Source: Antedon mediterranea
Taxonomy: Eukaryota > Animalia > Echinodermata
Direction of reading: 5' to 3'
Assembly: GCF_964355755.1 (NCBI RefSeq)
Contig: NC_092676.1
Coordinates: 11,509,888 to 11,573,887, forward strand
DNA length: 64,000 bases
A program made the translations under genes and the position numbers. The notes beneath the pieces were generated by a model, which saw only the letters and a program-made list of their open reading frames with translations, did not search any database and was not told where the DNA came from. This document shows positions 22,418-35,139 of this stretch, in pieces; positions within the stretch are counted from its first letter, which is position 1, and every line of letters begins with the position of its first letter.

Positions 22418-25400
22418 GTATCCCTAATATTACATTTAAAACCAGTTTTATTACATTTTTAGATACCAATAATAATGATCTATACTATAATGGCAAAAAC
22501 TACTGACCTAAAAAGTATAATATATGTACAGACTCGTACAAAAAAAGCACAGCTTCCACCGTATTTGGATATACTAGCCAAGTTAATAATTGAGGGCGTT
22601 GTTTTACATTGAAGATGTCAGTGGCTGCTTAGTCCTGTGTGATGAAGACTTAAATTATTATTTATAAGGCCTGCCTACTGTATTGATTGCTGCATTCTAT
22701 TTTTTTATGAATAAGTTATTAATCTATTATTGAAATTTAATTGCCTTAAAAAAACGTGAAAATGATCACTTCACTGAATTATTTAAATAAAAAAATAAAT
22801 GGAAAACGATCATATATCATTGTTAATAATAATAATAATAATAATATCCTGGATTTATATAGCGCCTAATGTTGTGAAAACTCTAAGCGCTAAACATTAC
22901 CCCAGTCATTTTTTCCTGATCAAACACGTATGGAAACATACTCCCATAATGCAGCTAGTAATCAGAGCAAAGTTGTGTCTTGATCTAACCGGGTTCCCAT
23001 TTATACACCTGGGTGGAGAAAGGCAAACGTAAGTAAAGTATCTTGCCTAAGGATACAAGCAATGCCGCGGGAGTTGTAGACTGTGGGCTCAAACACGGGA
23101 CCCTCTCCCCCCCCCCCCTGGGGATTTTTCGGGACCAGTATTTTTTTTAACCCTACCCATATACGAACTAAAATCAGGTTGTCTGCACATTGCGCAGTGG
23201 TGCGTATTCCCGTGAGGGCGCATTTTCAAAATGGCTGCCCATAGGCTCAGGTGCCTCTATCTTGGCAACCACTCATGGTAGAGACTTATAAATGGTCTCA
23301 AATTGTTTACAGTTAGCACATTTCTATTTGCTCTAATGAAAAGTTTTGTAAAAATTTGACCGGAAATGACATTTTTGTCACTCTGACCTTTGACCCGGTT
23401 TTGTCATATCTCTATAACTACTGGTAGTACACATTTGGAATTTGTCGCAAATTGTTTGGAACATGTGGTTTTATACTTGCTCTAATGGAGAGTTTTATGT
23501 AAAGGGGACTGGGAGGGAATGCCATTTCTGACCGTTTTGTCAAAATGGCTGCCAACAATTCTAATAAAAGTGCACTATTGGGTTTTTTTCTATATTATTT
23601 TAAAGACATAACATTGATTTTACATGATAGACACTTGTAAATGATCTCAAATTGTTTACAATATGCATATTTCTATTTGCTCTAATGAAACATTTTGTCA
23701 AAAAATTACTGGAAGTGACATTTATGACCTTTATGACTTTTGACCTGGTTTTGTCATATCTCTCTAACTACTGGTAGTATACATTTGGAAATTGCTGCAA
23801 ATTTTTCAGAACATGTGGTTTTATAGTTGCTCTAGTAGAATGTTGTATGGAAAAGTAACTGGAAATGCCATTTCTTACTATTTACAATAACAGTTTCAAT
23901 AACAAGATTATCTAGTCTTCTTCCGTGTCAACAAAAATGTCCATCAAGTTGTTAAATTCAGTTTGCTCATCATCATCCTCCTCCTCCTGTTCCTCTACCA
24001 ATACGTCAACCAGCTCATGTGGCATCATATTGCCTTCCGTCCACTTCAAGTCCAACTTTTCATTTTGAATACACCAGCCATGCCCGTCTGGTTGGGGGAT
24101 ATTTGGTACGGCTTGGTGTGCTTGGTACCAAATAAACGCTTGATAATTAGATCTTTTAACATGCATTTTTAGAGCATCTCGGCAAGGTGGAAGGAGGCTC
24201 ATATCCATGCCATCAGGTCGAAAGTATTGCACCTGGCTTGACACTATAAATCTTTCCAGAAATTTATCATGTCGCAAAGTGTTAATGTCAGTTACAGTAG
24301 ATTTAGTGTTGTAAAGACGGCACACAAAATGCTCCAAGCTTTCATGAGTTTCATCTGCAATTTCCAATGATCGGCCAAGAGTCAGAAATGCACCAAGAAA
24401 TTCCTGGTGCTGTTTGAGGATCTTCAAAGGTAGTAGTTTCCCCTTACGAACAAATGCACTGGTTGTGTCACAACCACTGAATGCATGTAATGCGGGAAGG
24501 GCATGACACACATCATTTCCCACATCACTTATGACTTTATGCACATCTACAAGACATCTTTTATTGCCAACACCTGTATCAAATAGTATTGTCAGTTCCT
24601 GGGTGTGATGAAGCAGAAGAATGAAGACATCTGTGTCTGGAGATCGAATGATTATGGTAGAATTGGGTGATGAATTTCTGGCAATTTGCAGACAGTGGAG
24701 AATCAACTTCGTATCAGCCTCTTCCTGTGTTGACGATAACTGTGTAAGTTCCTCAGACATAGTTTCTCGGCCATCATTGCTCTTCAGACTTATGCATTTA
24801 TAGTCCAAGAGCATTAGTTCATAAGTATAGGCAGACCCGGAAATTTCTGGTAACAAGCTAATTTTTTCAGGAAAGGTCGAGAACTATGATTGGAACATCA
24901 TACTAAAAGTCCCGAAAAATCCTCCTTGTGCTCTCCGAGAAATCCAAGATGGCGTCCAAAGTGGCTGCCATTTTAAATTGGTGTATAACTTTGTAACCGC
25001 TTGTCGTAGAGTATCAATTTTGGTGTCAAATAGTTCACAATATATACATTCCTATTTGCTCTAACAGAAAATTTTGTCAAAAAATGGCCGCTACTACAGT
25101 TTCTGGCAGTTTGACCTTTGACCTGGTCTTATCATATCTCGGTAATGGCTTGTCATAGAGAATTAAGATTAGGCCCAAATTGTTCAGAACACGCATATTT
25201 TTATTTGGTGTAATGAAATATTTTATCCCAAAATGACCTGAAGTGAGGTTATTGACCTCTTATTGACCTATTCATATCTCTTTACCGTATCTCAAGAAAT
25301 ATTTGTCGTAGAGCATTACTTTTGGTGTCATATTGTTTGGAACATATACATTTCTATTTAGTCTAATACAACAGTTTGCCCTCAACTGCTCGGAAGTAAG

Positions 25401-25810
25401 TTAATTTATTGAAAACTTAAAAAATCAAAGAACTGCATAGGCAGAGGATATTAATAATGTAGGTAAAATAAAAATCAAAGTTTTAACTCTGCCTTAAAAC
25501 ATGTTTTGGGCATCATCAGGTAAAGCGCATTGTTACAAAAAGAAAATATAAAGTCAATAAATTACAAAGAATAACTGTCAGTAAAATAATAATAAACAGT
25601 ATTTATATAGCGCCTAATGGATCACTGACCCCTCTAGGTGCTTTACATAGGACCTTAACTAATGATAATAAACTATCCCCCGCCGGACACCATTCCGGTA
25701 TTTCTTAGTCGAGGTTTCAGTGGCTAATCAAAGTTGGTTAATTAAGTAAACAAAAGACAATTGGCAAATACCTATGTACACAGCACATATCCGACCATTT
25801 ATATGCAACT

Positions 25811-26192
25811 TTGAGTTGCGTGCAAACGCGACTCTATTGCTCACTATGTCGGTCGGTAAACACTAACTCATATTCATATTTTTTCGTTATTTTGACACTG
25901 GATATTAATACTTGTAGGCAAATATAAATGTTTTTAAACATTTTTCAACATTTTTTAACCTTTTCAGCAATTTCGGTCGGTTGGTCAGTCGGTAAACACT
26001 AACTCATATTCATATTTTTTCGTTATTTTGACACTGGATATTATTTAATACTTGGAGGAAAATATAAATGTTTTTAAAAATGTGAACATTTTTAAACATT
26101 CTCAGCAATTTCGGTCAGTTGGTCGGTCGGTCGGTCAGTAAACAATAACTCAAATTTACGCACGCGACTGCAGCCATGTATATGACATTGTT
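25811..26192 (+). mobile_element. Short DINE-1/HINE-like element with internal ~130-bp duplication
   Basis: Sub-TIR AGTTGCGTGC ... GCACGCGACT and a (GTCG/GTTG)n microsatellite; a minimal relative lies at 42079-42172. Confidence 0.65.
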
Positions 26193-26379
26193 GACTTTGT
26201 AAAAATAATGCATTTTGAAACATTCCTTGCTTTAAATGTTCGTTGTATGGCTTATTTATGATAAAAAGAGAATATACCCTAGGTATTTCACGTCAAACGC
26301 TCTTTACTCGGCATGCATAGACTTTCTTTTCCAGATTCAGATTTTATTTGGTCCTTGCTGAAATCTATGAAAAATAGAT

Positions 26380-26452
26380 TGGAATACCCGGGCAATGATC
26401 CCGGTACCTCTCACATGGTAAGTGAGAGCTCTACCATTTGAGCTAGTCCCCC
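26380..26452 (-). pseudogene. tRNA-Ala(AGC)-derived copy with anticodon ACC, probably a pseudogene
   Basis: GGGGGACTAGCTCAAATGGTAGAGCTCTCACTTACCATGTGAGAGGTACCGGGATCATTGCCCGGGTATTCCA: 73-nt cloverleaf, G3:U70 pair, one acceptor-stem mismatch, altered T-loop, followed by a T5 run. Confidence 0.8.
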
Positions 26453-29400
26453 AGTTACATATTTAACTGTTTAAAGATGAAAAAAGCATCGCCATATGCC
26501 CTATATATGATTTATTAAATATTAAAAATATGCAAAATAAAGGGTCACTTCAACATTGATCAGCAGCATTCTGTTACAGTCATTCATCATCTGATGTTGC
26601 ATCTTCAACATCTTGGTGTTTGTTGCTTCTTTCACATCATTATCATCATGTTCATCTGTATGGGTGTTGTTGCATGTTTGCCCAAAAGTTATGACGTTAT
26701 GAGGTTAGAGAACATCAAAGAGTGCATTCTCTTTTAAAACAAGGAATGATCTGGTTTCATGTTTCAAAATGCATTATTTTTACAAATAAAATGGTCTTTA
26801 ACATTAGGTTTTTGACAATCCGGAGTATAATATATGCCATGTACATAGTGTTCCCTGCCAATTGAACATTTCCATGCGAAATGTATATGACCTGAACATT
26901 TCATTCTCACACTCACAGTATCATAAAGTCTATACATTTCCTAAATTACATAAAATTTCTACTTCTCTGAACAAAAATAATTATCATAATTATAATAAAT
27001 AATAAAAATAATGACGTGATTTCAACAAAAGCACTAATTCGCGTATGTACTGTAATGCGAGTTACAGACGAATAACGCATTTAAAATGTATTCATCTACA
27101 TATAGGTGACATATTGTAGCAATAACTTTTCAACCATAACTAGTATGAGAATTTCAATACGTGTCCCATGATATTCTTTGTTCTATCAAAGTTAAATAAA
27201 TGATTATTTTGTTTTTTTTCTTGTATAGTTCATACCCTTACAGGAAAATTTACCCTCAAGGTTACCTGATGATGTGCTATGCCCAAAACATGTTTTAAGG
27301 CAGAGTTAAAATTTAGATTTTTTCTACAGTATTCATATCCTCTGCCTATGTAGCTCTTTGATTTTTAAAGTTTTCAATAAATTAACTTACTTCCGAGCAT
27401 TTTAGGGCAAACTGTTGTATTAGACTAAATAGAAATATATATGTTCCAAACAATTTGACACCAAAAGTAATGCTCTACGACAAATATTTCTTGAGATACG
27501 GTAAAGAATTATGAATAGGTCAATAAGAGGTCAATAACCTCACTTCCGGTCATTTTGGGATAAAATATTTCATTACAGCAAATAAAAATATGCATGGTCT
27601 GAACAATTTGGGCCTAATCTTAATTCTCTATGACAAGCCATTACCGAGATATGATAAGACCAGGTCAAAGGTCAAACTGCCAGAAACTGTAGTAGCGGCC
27701 ATTTTTTGACAAAATTTTCTGTTAGAGCAAATAGGAATGTATATATTGTGAACTATTTGACACCAAAATCGATACTCTACGACAAGCGGTTACAAAGTTA
27801 TAGACCAATTTAAAATGGCAGCCATTTTGGACGCCATCTTGGATTTCTCGGTGAGCACAAGGAGGATTTTTCGGGACTTTTAGTATGATGTTCCAATCAT
27901 AGTTCTCGACCTTTCCTGAAAAAATTAGCTTGTTACCAGAAATTTCCGGGTCAAACCCTAATGCTCTTGGACTATTATTCTTATAGCCAAATACAACTTC
28001 TCTTCCATGAAGATTTGGTGCATATTTATTCTTTTTCCATTCACTTAGTAGAAATTCTGTTAGTGTCATTTTATTGTCATCGCTTGACAGAAACGATTTC
28101 CAGTCTCGTGGCACTTTAGTCTTGACTCCTTTAATTATATGGGATTTAGAAGAACCTCTTCTAGCCCTTTCAATTCCTTTGATGGATAGTGGGAGGTAGG
28201 TATCAGTTACAAAGTCCACACGTTTTACCTTAGGCAGCTGTCCAAATATACTCTCTGCCAGCTCTCCAAATGTATCAGGCAAAGCCATCTGTGCTTGCAG
28301 CAGAGCCATTCCGTCAACCATATATGTGGTTTCTCCAGCCGGCCTTTCTATTGTGTTTGATTCGCCAATGCATGCATAAGCTTTGCCTTGTCTGTCTTCA
28401 CTGGAACACCATCAGCCGTTGCAAGTGCCCATGGAACAGGGCCCAATGAGAAACTAAGCACCCTCTCCATACTAATGTCATGCTTCATTGCTAAAAGTAC
28501 AAGCTGACCAAATACATTTCTTTCAGCTTTTACTTCTTTGGTCTTCTTTGACTGTCCCGAGATCGTACAGGATTTGGCAAGTTGTACAAATGTCTTTAGT
28601 TTACACTTCTTGATTGGATGATGAAAACTTACTGTGCCTTCAACAAGTCGTTGCGTAACAAATTTGTCGTAAGCCTGTTTTCCAATATTATCAGCCTGGA
28701 GGAGATCATGTTCGATCTCATCTGATACTGGTGCGCCTGATGACAGACAGTAGAGGACGTTCTTGTTTTCAACAACAAAAGGATTTACAAAGTTATGAAA
28801 TGCTGCTAGAACCTTGCAAGTATCTTGTTCACTGTTGATGATGTGTGAGGACTTCAAGCCCTTGTGTGAAGTTGATTCCATGTTATCCATGTCTGCCATT
28901 TCCATTGTGGCTTGCTGGTAACCAGCCCTACTGTGTCTTGTCGTGCACCACCTATGATATGCCGAATAGATCCTGCTGAATTCTATGATTCCACCATGGC
29001 ACTTTACGTGACGGTTGATAGTTTGTTCAATTGTGATGTCAACAGCATTTCTCGACATCGGAATTTGTGATCGTTTAACGCTGAAACCATTGTATCGCAA
29101 GAGCTCCTCTGCTCCGGGATGTCTCTCTGATATGTTTAGGAGAGACAGGAAATACACCATTGTTTTGGTGGTCGTAGCTAAAAAACAGACTACACATTCT
29201 TTGTAGGCTAGCTAAATGCAAATCAAAATTGTTTTCCTTAGTTGCTCTTTGAAATTGAAGGATAAGCCAAACTCGATCCATATAGTTAAGCCAGAACTGT
29301 GCAGTTTTACCAAGTTCTCCTAGGCCTAGGCTAGTCCACATTTTGCACCATGTACTGTACTAGGAGAGCAAATTGCTTGTAATACTTACTATGAATTAAC

Positions 29401-30535
29401 TTTGTTGTTGAAAAAGCACAATTTTCTTCGATAATTTAGCTCAATGTTATATGACTAGACTGGTTTCATACAACTGATCAACTAGACTACTACACTGCTA
29501 TCTGTGTTCTGATTGGTTTAAAGTTGAATGTCATGCATCAACTAATTTGTTGTTTTTGTATTATTTTAATAATAATAATATTATTTTATTAGTTTAATCA
29601 AATAATGTCAGTACCAGTTAAATTATTGAATGGTAAAATGACATTCTGACATTTTTCTGATTGTTTATATAATCATTTCTAGTAATTACTTCAATTTTGT
29701 TAAGTTTTATGATTTTCGACAGCCATTTTGAAATGCGCCCTCTATATTGACTTTTCGGAATACAAACATATACCATGACCTGACCACACATTATTTCAAT
29801 ACAGAACAATTAAAAAACAAGTTAATTTTAGCATATAAATTACTGTTTTATCAATATATATAATATTTTATTAAATTTGGCGGCCATTTTGGAAAAAGCG
29901 CCCTCATCGGTTTACGCACCACTGCGCAATGTGCAGACAACCTGATTTGAAAACCTATATGTGTGCGAGGTTTCCAAAAATGTATGGGTCATAAAATCCC
30001 CAGGGGGGGAGGGGGGTTACGGTAGCCCACAGTCTATTGGATTAGAACCTCGATCTCACGATCAGTAGTCGAACGTCCAACACACTGCGCCACACGCTCT
30101 TACACAAGTTGTCTATTTGTTGTTGCGTTGTCTATTTGACAACTAATACATTTTTTTTTATAAAAGAGAAATCCCGGTCAGCAAAAACACGTAGCTGTTA
30201 TAGAGGAATTAATTAATTTTCTAAACAAACGAGTTTGCATGGTTACGGGTTAGCCAAAGTGGGTATGAGTTGACCAATTATTGGGTACGAGTTAGACAAG
30301 TTGGGTACGAGTTGGCATTGGTACGGGTTGGTTTGGGACCTAGCGTACACATGTCTCGGATACATAGATACTAATCAAATACGATTGTCTGTAAAGTCGT
30401 GCGCCTTCTTAAAATTTAAAAAAAAAAACATTGTTTTGATGAAATATATAAAGTGCGTCTTATACATCGGTGATATAAAAAATATGGATATTTTACTCTC
30501 AGTTAGGGGTGCGTCTTATACACTAAAATATACGA

Positions 30536-30790
30536 TATGTTTAAATAATAAGCCGATCGAATGTGTAAATAAAACTAAATTATTAGGAGTCGTGATTTCT
30601 AATAACCTCTCATGGACCTGTCAATTGACCATATGTTTAAAAAGGCAAACAGATTATTTTTTCTTTGACAAATACATAAAGCAGACTTTGATTTTAATTA
30701 TTTGCTCCATTATACTAGTATTGTTTGGCCAGTAGTCGACTACACGGCTCTTGGATCAAGATCAACGAACCTGGCTGAGCAAGCAACATT
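30536..30790 (+). mobile_element. Decayed CR1/L2-type LINE fragment (C-terminal RT)
   Basis: Translates NNKPIECVNKTKLLGVVISNNLSW, then frameshifted. Confidence 0.65.
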
Positions 30791-31201
30791 TCCATAAATT
30801 AAAGAATGAAAATCAGAGACTTAATTCAATTTATTAATATAATAAATTATGATAATAAAGTTCAAGTTCATCCTTTCTTACTTGTCTAGCCTTGTAGACC
30901 TAGTTTTCAAAATTGATTATATTTCCATTGACCACTATTTTGATGTTTACCTGTTTGATATTGTTTATAAGTTTTTAAAATATTTTAGGCCTATATTGTT
31001 TATTTACCTGTACAGTATTAATTATATTTTTAATCCATTCTATATAGTGGCGGGTCTCCTGCTGTTGAATGTGACTGAAAATAAATCAATATGGCCGGTT
31101 GCTACTGCTTCTGCTTTTTTTAAATTAAAGACCAGCTAGCCCTTTTGGTCACTTGAAATCGTTTAAAGTAATTCTTTTTTCTTTTTACTTCTCATATGCA
31201 G

Positions 31202-31432
31202 GAATAGGACAAAAAGCTTTTGCAGAGTTGTTAAAATTGTTAGATATTGTAGTGAAGCCAACAACAGAAATCATGATGGTGGTGGCAATCGAGAACCTAA
31301 AGAAAGTAAATTGATGGCAGCTTTGAAAGGAATAAAAGTTAATAAAGATTTTGGGAAAAAAATTTACAAAAAACAACATGTTAACAGATTTAAAAATGTA
31401 GATGTTCAGTCATCCAAGAGACCAGTAGTGCT
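31202..31432 (+). CDS. MRPS31: MRPS31 coding exon (N-terminal, phase 2-2)
   Basis: Polypyrimidine tract + CAG acceptor, GTAAGT donor, open 231 nt (NRTKSFCRVVKIVRYCSE...SSKRPVVL), in phase with the next exon. Confidence 0.75.
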
Positions 31433-31470
31433 GTAAGTTTTAAAATAAAACAAGTGTAGCCTACTTATTA

Positions 31471-32500
31471 GGGCAAAAAAAATGTTATTGTGTTGGCCAC
31501 GTTTTGGGTATAAATCCCAAAAGTGGGTATGTCGGTAGGACATTTTTTTCCCCCAGACCAAAATTGTGTTGCCGGCAAAAAAATATATAATTTACACAAA
31601 GGATTCAATTTAATTTATTTTCCACATACTACACAACTACTACAACCTAGTACATGGAGGATGCATATATAAGATCTGTGCAGAGCATAATCTTTAGGCT
31701 TATAGGATACAAAAAGACCATATTTAAAAACACTTTTCATAGCATCCTAGGCTTTATGCCAGCTACAAATGTTGTTTCAATTTAAAAAAATAGTCTATTA
31801 AATAAAGTAGTCCTAGGTTTGTCAGGCATAAAGCCTAGGGCTGCTAGGTAGGCTAGGCCTAGCTAAACTTTAAATAAAGCCAAAAACAATCAAGATCGAA
31901 ATAAACTATTTCTGTGTGTATGCTGTTACATTAAGCGAGTTAAGATATTATTTCAGATGAACAATATTGAGTTTTATATTGTTTTATTCATACGTAATTA
32001 CACTAGCATTAACGATATAACATTGAAATGTAGGCCTAGGCCGTAATGAGCCATAGTTCGCCGGTGAAATTATCACCGGTCAGCGATCGATCAAGGTGTA
32101 GGTCTAGGCTAACAAGTTTTAACAAAAGAGCTTATGACAATCTTAGGTAAATTTTTATTAAACCTATAGGCCTACTTGCTTGGCGATTCTATGCCTTTTA
32201 AATCATTTAACAAGTTTGTAATTGGATCGTAGCACTATAAAGTAAAACCAAGAAACACCACCTCAACAACCTCGTGCGACTGCAATCTGTTCTTTGCAGA
32301 TCATTAATCCATTAATTATGAGGGTGTTTAAAAATTTGATACAGTAACTATTCGAAACGTGTCTCAAACACTGTGTAATCAAAGCGTTTATTTAGTTAAA
32401 ACTTAATTGGATCCCCCCAAAATTTATAATCGCGTAGTCCAGTATCACGTGATTAACAGTCAGTTGCATGTGGCCAACACAATCATTTTTTTTTTTTTGT
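31471..32500. mobile_element. Decayed MITE in an MRPS31 intron, possibly Zator-like
   Basis: TTA|GGGCAAAAAAAATGTTATTGTGTTGGCCAC vs GTGGCCAACACAATCATTTTTTT; right terminus eroded. Confidence 0.45.
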
Positions 32501-32843
32501 TATTATTGTACTGTTGTCCCTTGATGTAACCATGAAACAGCGCAGGTGATATTGACGCGTATACCGCAGTGAGCTGTATAAACAATTTGTACAAAGGGAC
32601 ACCGCCAGACAAGTATACAGTATGCACCTATTGTTTAGATCACTGGCAGTCAGCATGCATAAAGTGTATAGCCCTCCGACGTACGTGACTATGAAGTACT
32701 GTATAGTGTGTCATAATAAACAAATGTTATCTTTTACAAAACTGCACCAATTTGGCAATAGCTGTAAATGTGTTTTTTTAGGGTTTATTAATGAAACAGA
32801 TTTATACTTATTGAGTAAAATAAAAATTTTCACCTTGATTTAG

Positions 32844-32963
32844 GGATGCATTAAAGCAAACCGTAGCATCACTACCAGAGCGTGAAGAGGCAGAAGAGGA
32901 TCTCATTAATGAATTGGAGAGACAGGATGCCCAGACATTGGCAGCCAAACGGATTTCCGAAAG
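32844..32963 (+). CDS. MRPS31: MRPS31 coding exon (phase 2-2)
   Basis: AG/GT-bounded 120 nt encoding DALKQTVASLPEREEAEEDLINELERQDAQTLAAKRISE. Confidence 0.8.
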
Positions 32964-33380
32964 GTTTGTTGTGCTTGGTAATGCCTAATGTAATGTTTGT
33001 ATTGCCTAGTTTATAACCTAAATTTTGCATTGTCATTCGTTTAATTAAAGAACATAAAACATGATTAATAAAATCAGACTTTGAATAGGCCATTTTGTAC
33101 ATGAAGTTAATACTTCTGTAGAAAAAGATGTTTCCAATTAGAAAGACAAAATTAACTGTTATATTAAACCAAAACCGGTTTGCTGTCAGCCAATTTTACA
33201 TTTTTTTGGGTTTAATACGATTTTTTCAGGTAAATTGAACAACAACATTTTAAGTGAAAATACTGTACAGATAGCTGTGATATCCGACATCCAAAAGGAT
33301 AAAAGAAAAAGAAAAAACATGTTTGATAATGGATCTAATCTTCTACAATATTGAAATTATTAATTTCTATATTTTAACAG

Positions 33381-33662
33381 GCCGGATATATTGCAGCAGG
33401 GTGAAGAATACAGTATTGAATCTGACCTTCTTCACAGTTTACGTAGTTCGGAACAACCAGAAGATGCAAGTAATTTAACTTCCCTTATGTCAGGGTTGAA
33501 AGTTCAACAAAATAAGAACGAAGCTCAGAAAGAGGTTAACGTCCAAGAGAAAAATGATGGCCATTTTAAAAAAGTTTTTATCAGTCAGGTAGACACAGAT
33601 GTGGCGGATATGAAAGACTATAAGACGACCTCACAGAACATGCCTTACAAAAGGCAACGCAA
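33381..33662 (+). CDS. MRPS31: MRPS31 coding exon (phase 2-2)
   Basis: CAG acceptor and GTAGGT donor; 282 nt, corresponding to ORF 33391..33666. Confidence 0.8.
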
Positions 33663-34087
33663 GTAGGTTTTTTTACTTCATAAAGCCTGTTTTCAACTAG
33701 GTGAATTTGTTCACACAAATTCTGGATGTCTTGAGTTTCTTACTTCATATTCTGTTTTGATAGTGCTATAGTTGGCAGCACAGACATGACGTGACCCTTT
33801 AGAGAGAAGCATGTAGTTGAAAACTACTGTCCACAGCGCATTGAGACAACAATATTGTTTGTGTGATCTATTTTGATGACATCAAAATAATGTTGAGCAT
33901 AGTATTACTGTGAAGCTAGTTAAATTGAATATATGGAAAGTAAGGGACCATGTCAAAGTTATTCTGCTGCTGCAGTTATTCCAGAAATTTCTGGTTAACC
34001 AAACAAACTGTTTATTGCTGTCTCATTAAATAACAGAAGAATACTTTTGATGTGATCCCTAAAAGTATTTTCTTGTTTCATCCAAAG

Positions 34088-34149
34088 GCGTTCAATATTC
34101 GAGAGATACAGATTGAATATATTTGAACCATTAGAAAAGGATAAAAATG
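34088..34149 (+). CDS. MRPS31: MRPS31 coding exon (phase 2-1)
   Basis: Encodes RSIFERYRLNIFEPLEKDKN; RLNIF is a conserved mS31 motif; GTAGGT donor. Confidence 0.85.
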
Positions 34150-34746
34150 GTAGGTTTATTTCTTTTGTCTTTTACCAAAAAATGGAGTATTTACATTGTT
34201 GTGATTTGTATAAAGCAATAGAACATGATGACAGAGTTACCATGCAGCAATAATGTTGTTGTTATTTTGATTATTATAAAGTATTGTACTGTAGCATTCT
34301 AAATAGGCCAGCCATAATTGAATGATTTAAATTGGAATAATAATAATAAATATTATCAGTGCATGGCGTTTATTCGGGGGAGGAGTTATTTTTTTTTGGT
34401 TTAAATAAAAATTGTATCAAAATGGTTGGTAAATTGTAGATCATGGCAGTTGTGAATTCTATATAATATATAAATATAGAAATAAGTAATACAATATTGT
34501 GTATCACGTTGTGGGGCATTTATTTGAGGAATTAAAGGGGTGTGCCGTGTTTATTCCAAATGATGTTCTATTGGAGTGGGGCGGCGGGGGTGGATTTAAA
34601 TTTTGGATTTTGGTGAAACAATGTAAAGTGCAGATACATTGGTCCCTATGTAAATATACTTTTTTCAATATGCAGAATAATAACAAGAGAGCTCCCAATT
34701 CAAGTCAGGATCTTATGCTTTTCCAACTCCCATTCATATTTTACAG

Positions 34747-34902
34747 TTCCAACAATAGACACAAAGGCAAGTATCTGGGAAATAGAGAAACAGAAGGAAT
34801 TAAGGATGTTAACATTTTATAGTATAGGTAATGGATTTGATGAAATGACTATGCTAACTGAAGAAGGAAAACTGTGGCAGTACCCTGTCAATAATGAACA
34901 AG
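34747..34902 (+). CDS. MRPS31: MRPS31 coding exon (phase 1-1)
   Basis: Encodes SIWEIEKQKEL...NGFDEMTMLTEEGKLWQYPVNNEQ, matching mS31 [24 protein letters not shown]. Confidence 0.93.
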
Positions 34903-34907
34903 GTATC

Positions 34908-35133
34908 AAAAGCGTCAATTAACTTAGGTCACTTATTTTCACCTATTCGGCACTGTATGTAGTACGTATACAATAGTGTATACTGTATATACTTAGACTT
35001 GACACAAAATAGAGAGCACACTAACATTTTTTCAATGGCATAATCGTTTTTCTGTGCGCAATATTCTAACGTATGACATGCATGTGGCGTTTGCGCTGTG
35101 GATAACCTAACTCGGTGACGAGTTCAAATCTAG
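34908..35133 (+). mobile_element. 3' end fragment of a Helentron/DINE-like element
   Basis: Similar to 36668-36746; ends GGATAACC, hairpin AACTCG..CGAGTT and CTAG|T. Confidence 0.65.
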
Positions 35134-35139
35134 TTGGTT

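Larger units (their letters stand above)
24801..27974. mobile_element. Non-autonomous Academ with ~700-bp inverted arms, inserted in the Academ transposase
   Basis: TIR TAGTCCAAGAGCATTAG / CTAATGCTCTTGGACTA, TSD TTA (24798-24800, 27975-27977), near-identical inverted arms ~24834-25520 vs ~27265-27952. Confidence 0.92.
23912..29341 (-). pseudogene. Academ transposase/XPG-like nuclease pseudogene (segments 29341-27978 and 24800-23912)
   Basis: Motifs DITIEQTINR, SLGPVPWALA, VDGMALLQ, DFVTDTY, EEADTKLILH, SPDTDVF, LHAFSGCDTTSAF, LPPCRDALKMHVKRSNYQA. Frameshift near 29160, stop at 28348, N-terminus missing, 3.2-kb insertion. Confidence 0.88.
23077..30036 (-). mobile_element. Academ (AcademX-type) DNA transposon, internally deleted and interrupted
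   Basis: TIR TAGACTGTGGGCT / AGCCCACAGTCTA, 3-bp TSD TTG (23074-23076, 30037-30039), subterminal IR GTTGTCTGCACATTGCGCAGTGGTGCGT, and transposase fragments inside. Confidence 0.9.
22825..30099 (-). mobile_element. tRNA-derived SINE split by the Academ insertion (head 30040-30099, body and tail 22825-23076)
   Basis: Head has an A-box-like TGGCGCAGTGTG and a B-box-like GGTTCTAATCC. Body has the conserved SINE central motif CCCATTTATACACCTGGGTGGAGA..GTATCTTGCCTAAGG (+ strand). (AAT)n tail at ~22825-22846. Confidence 0.8.
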
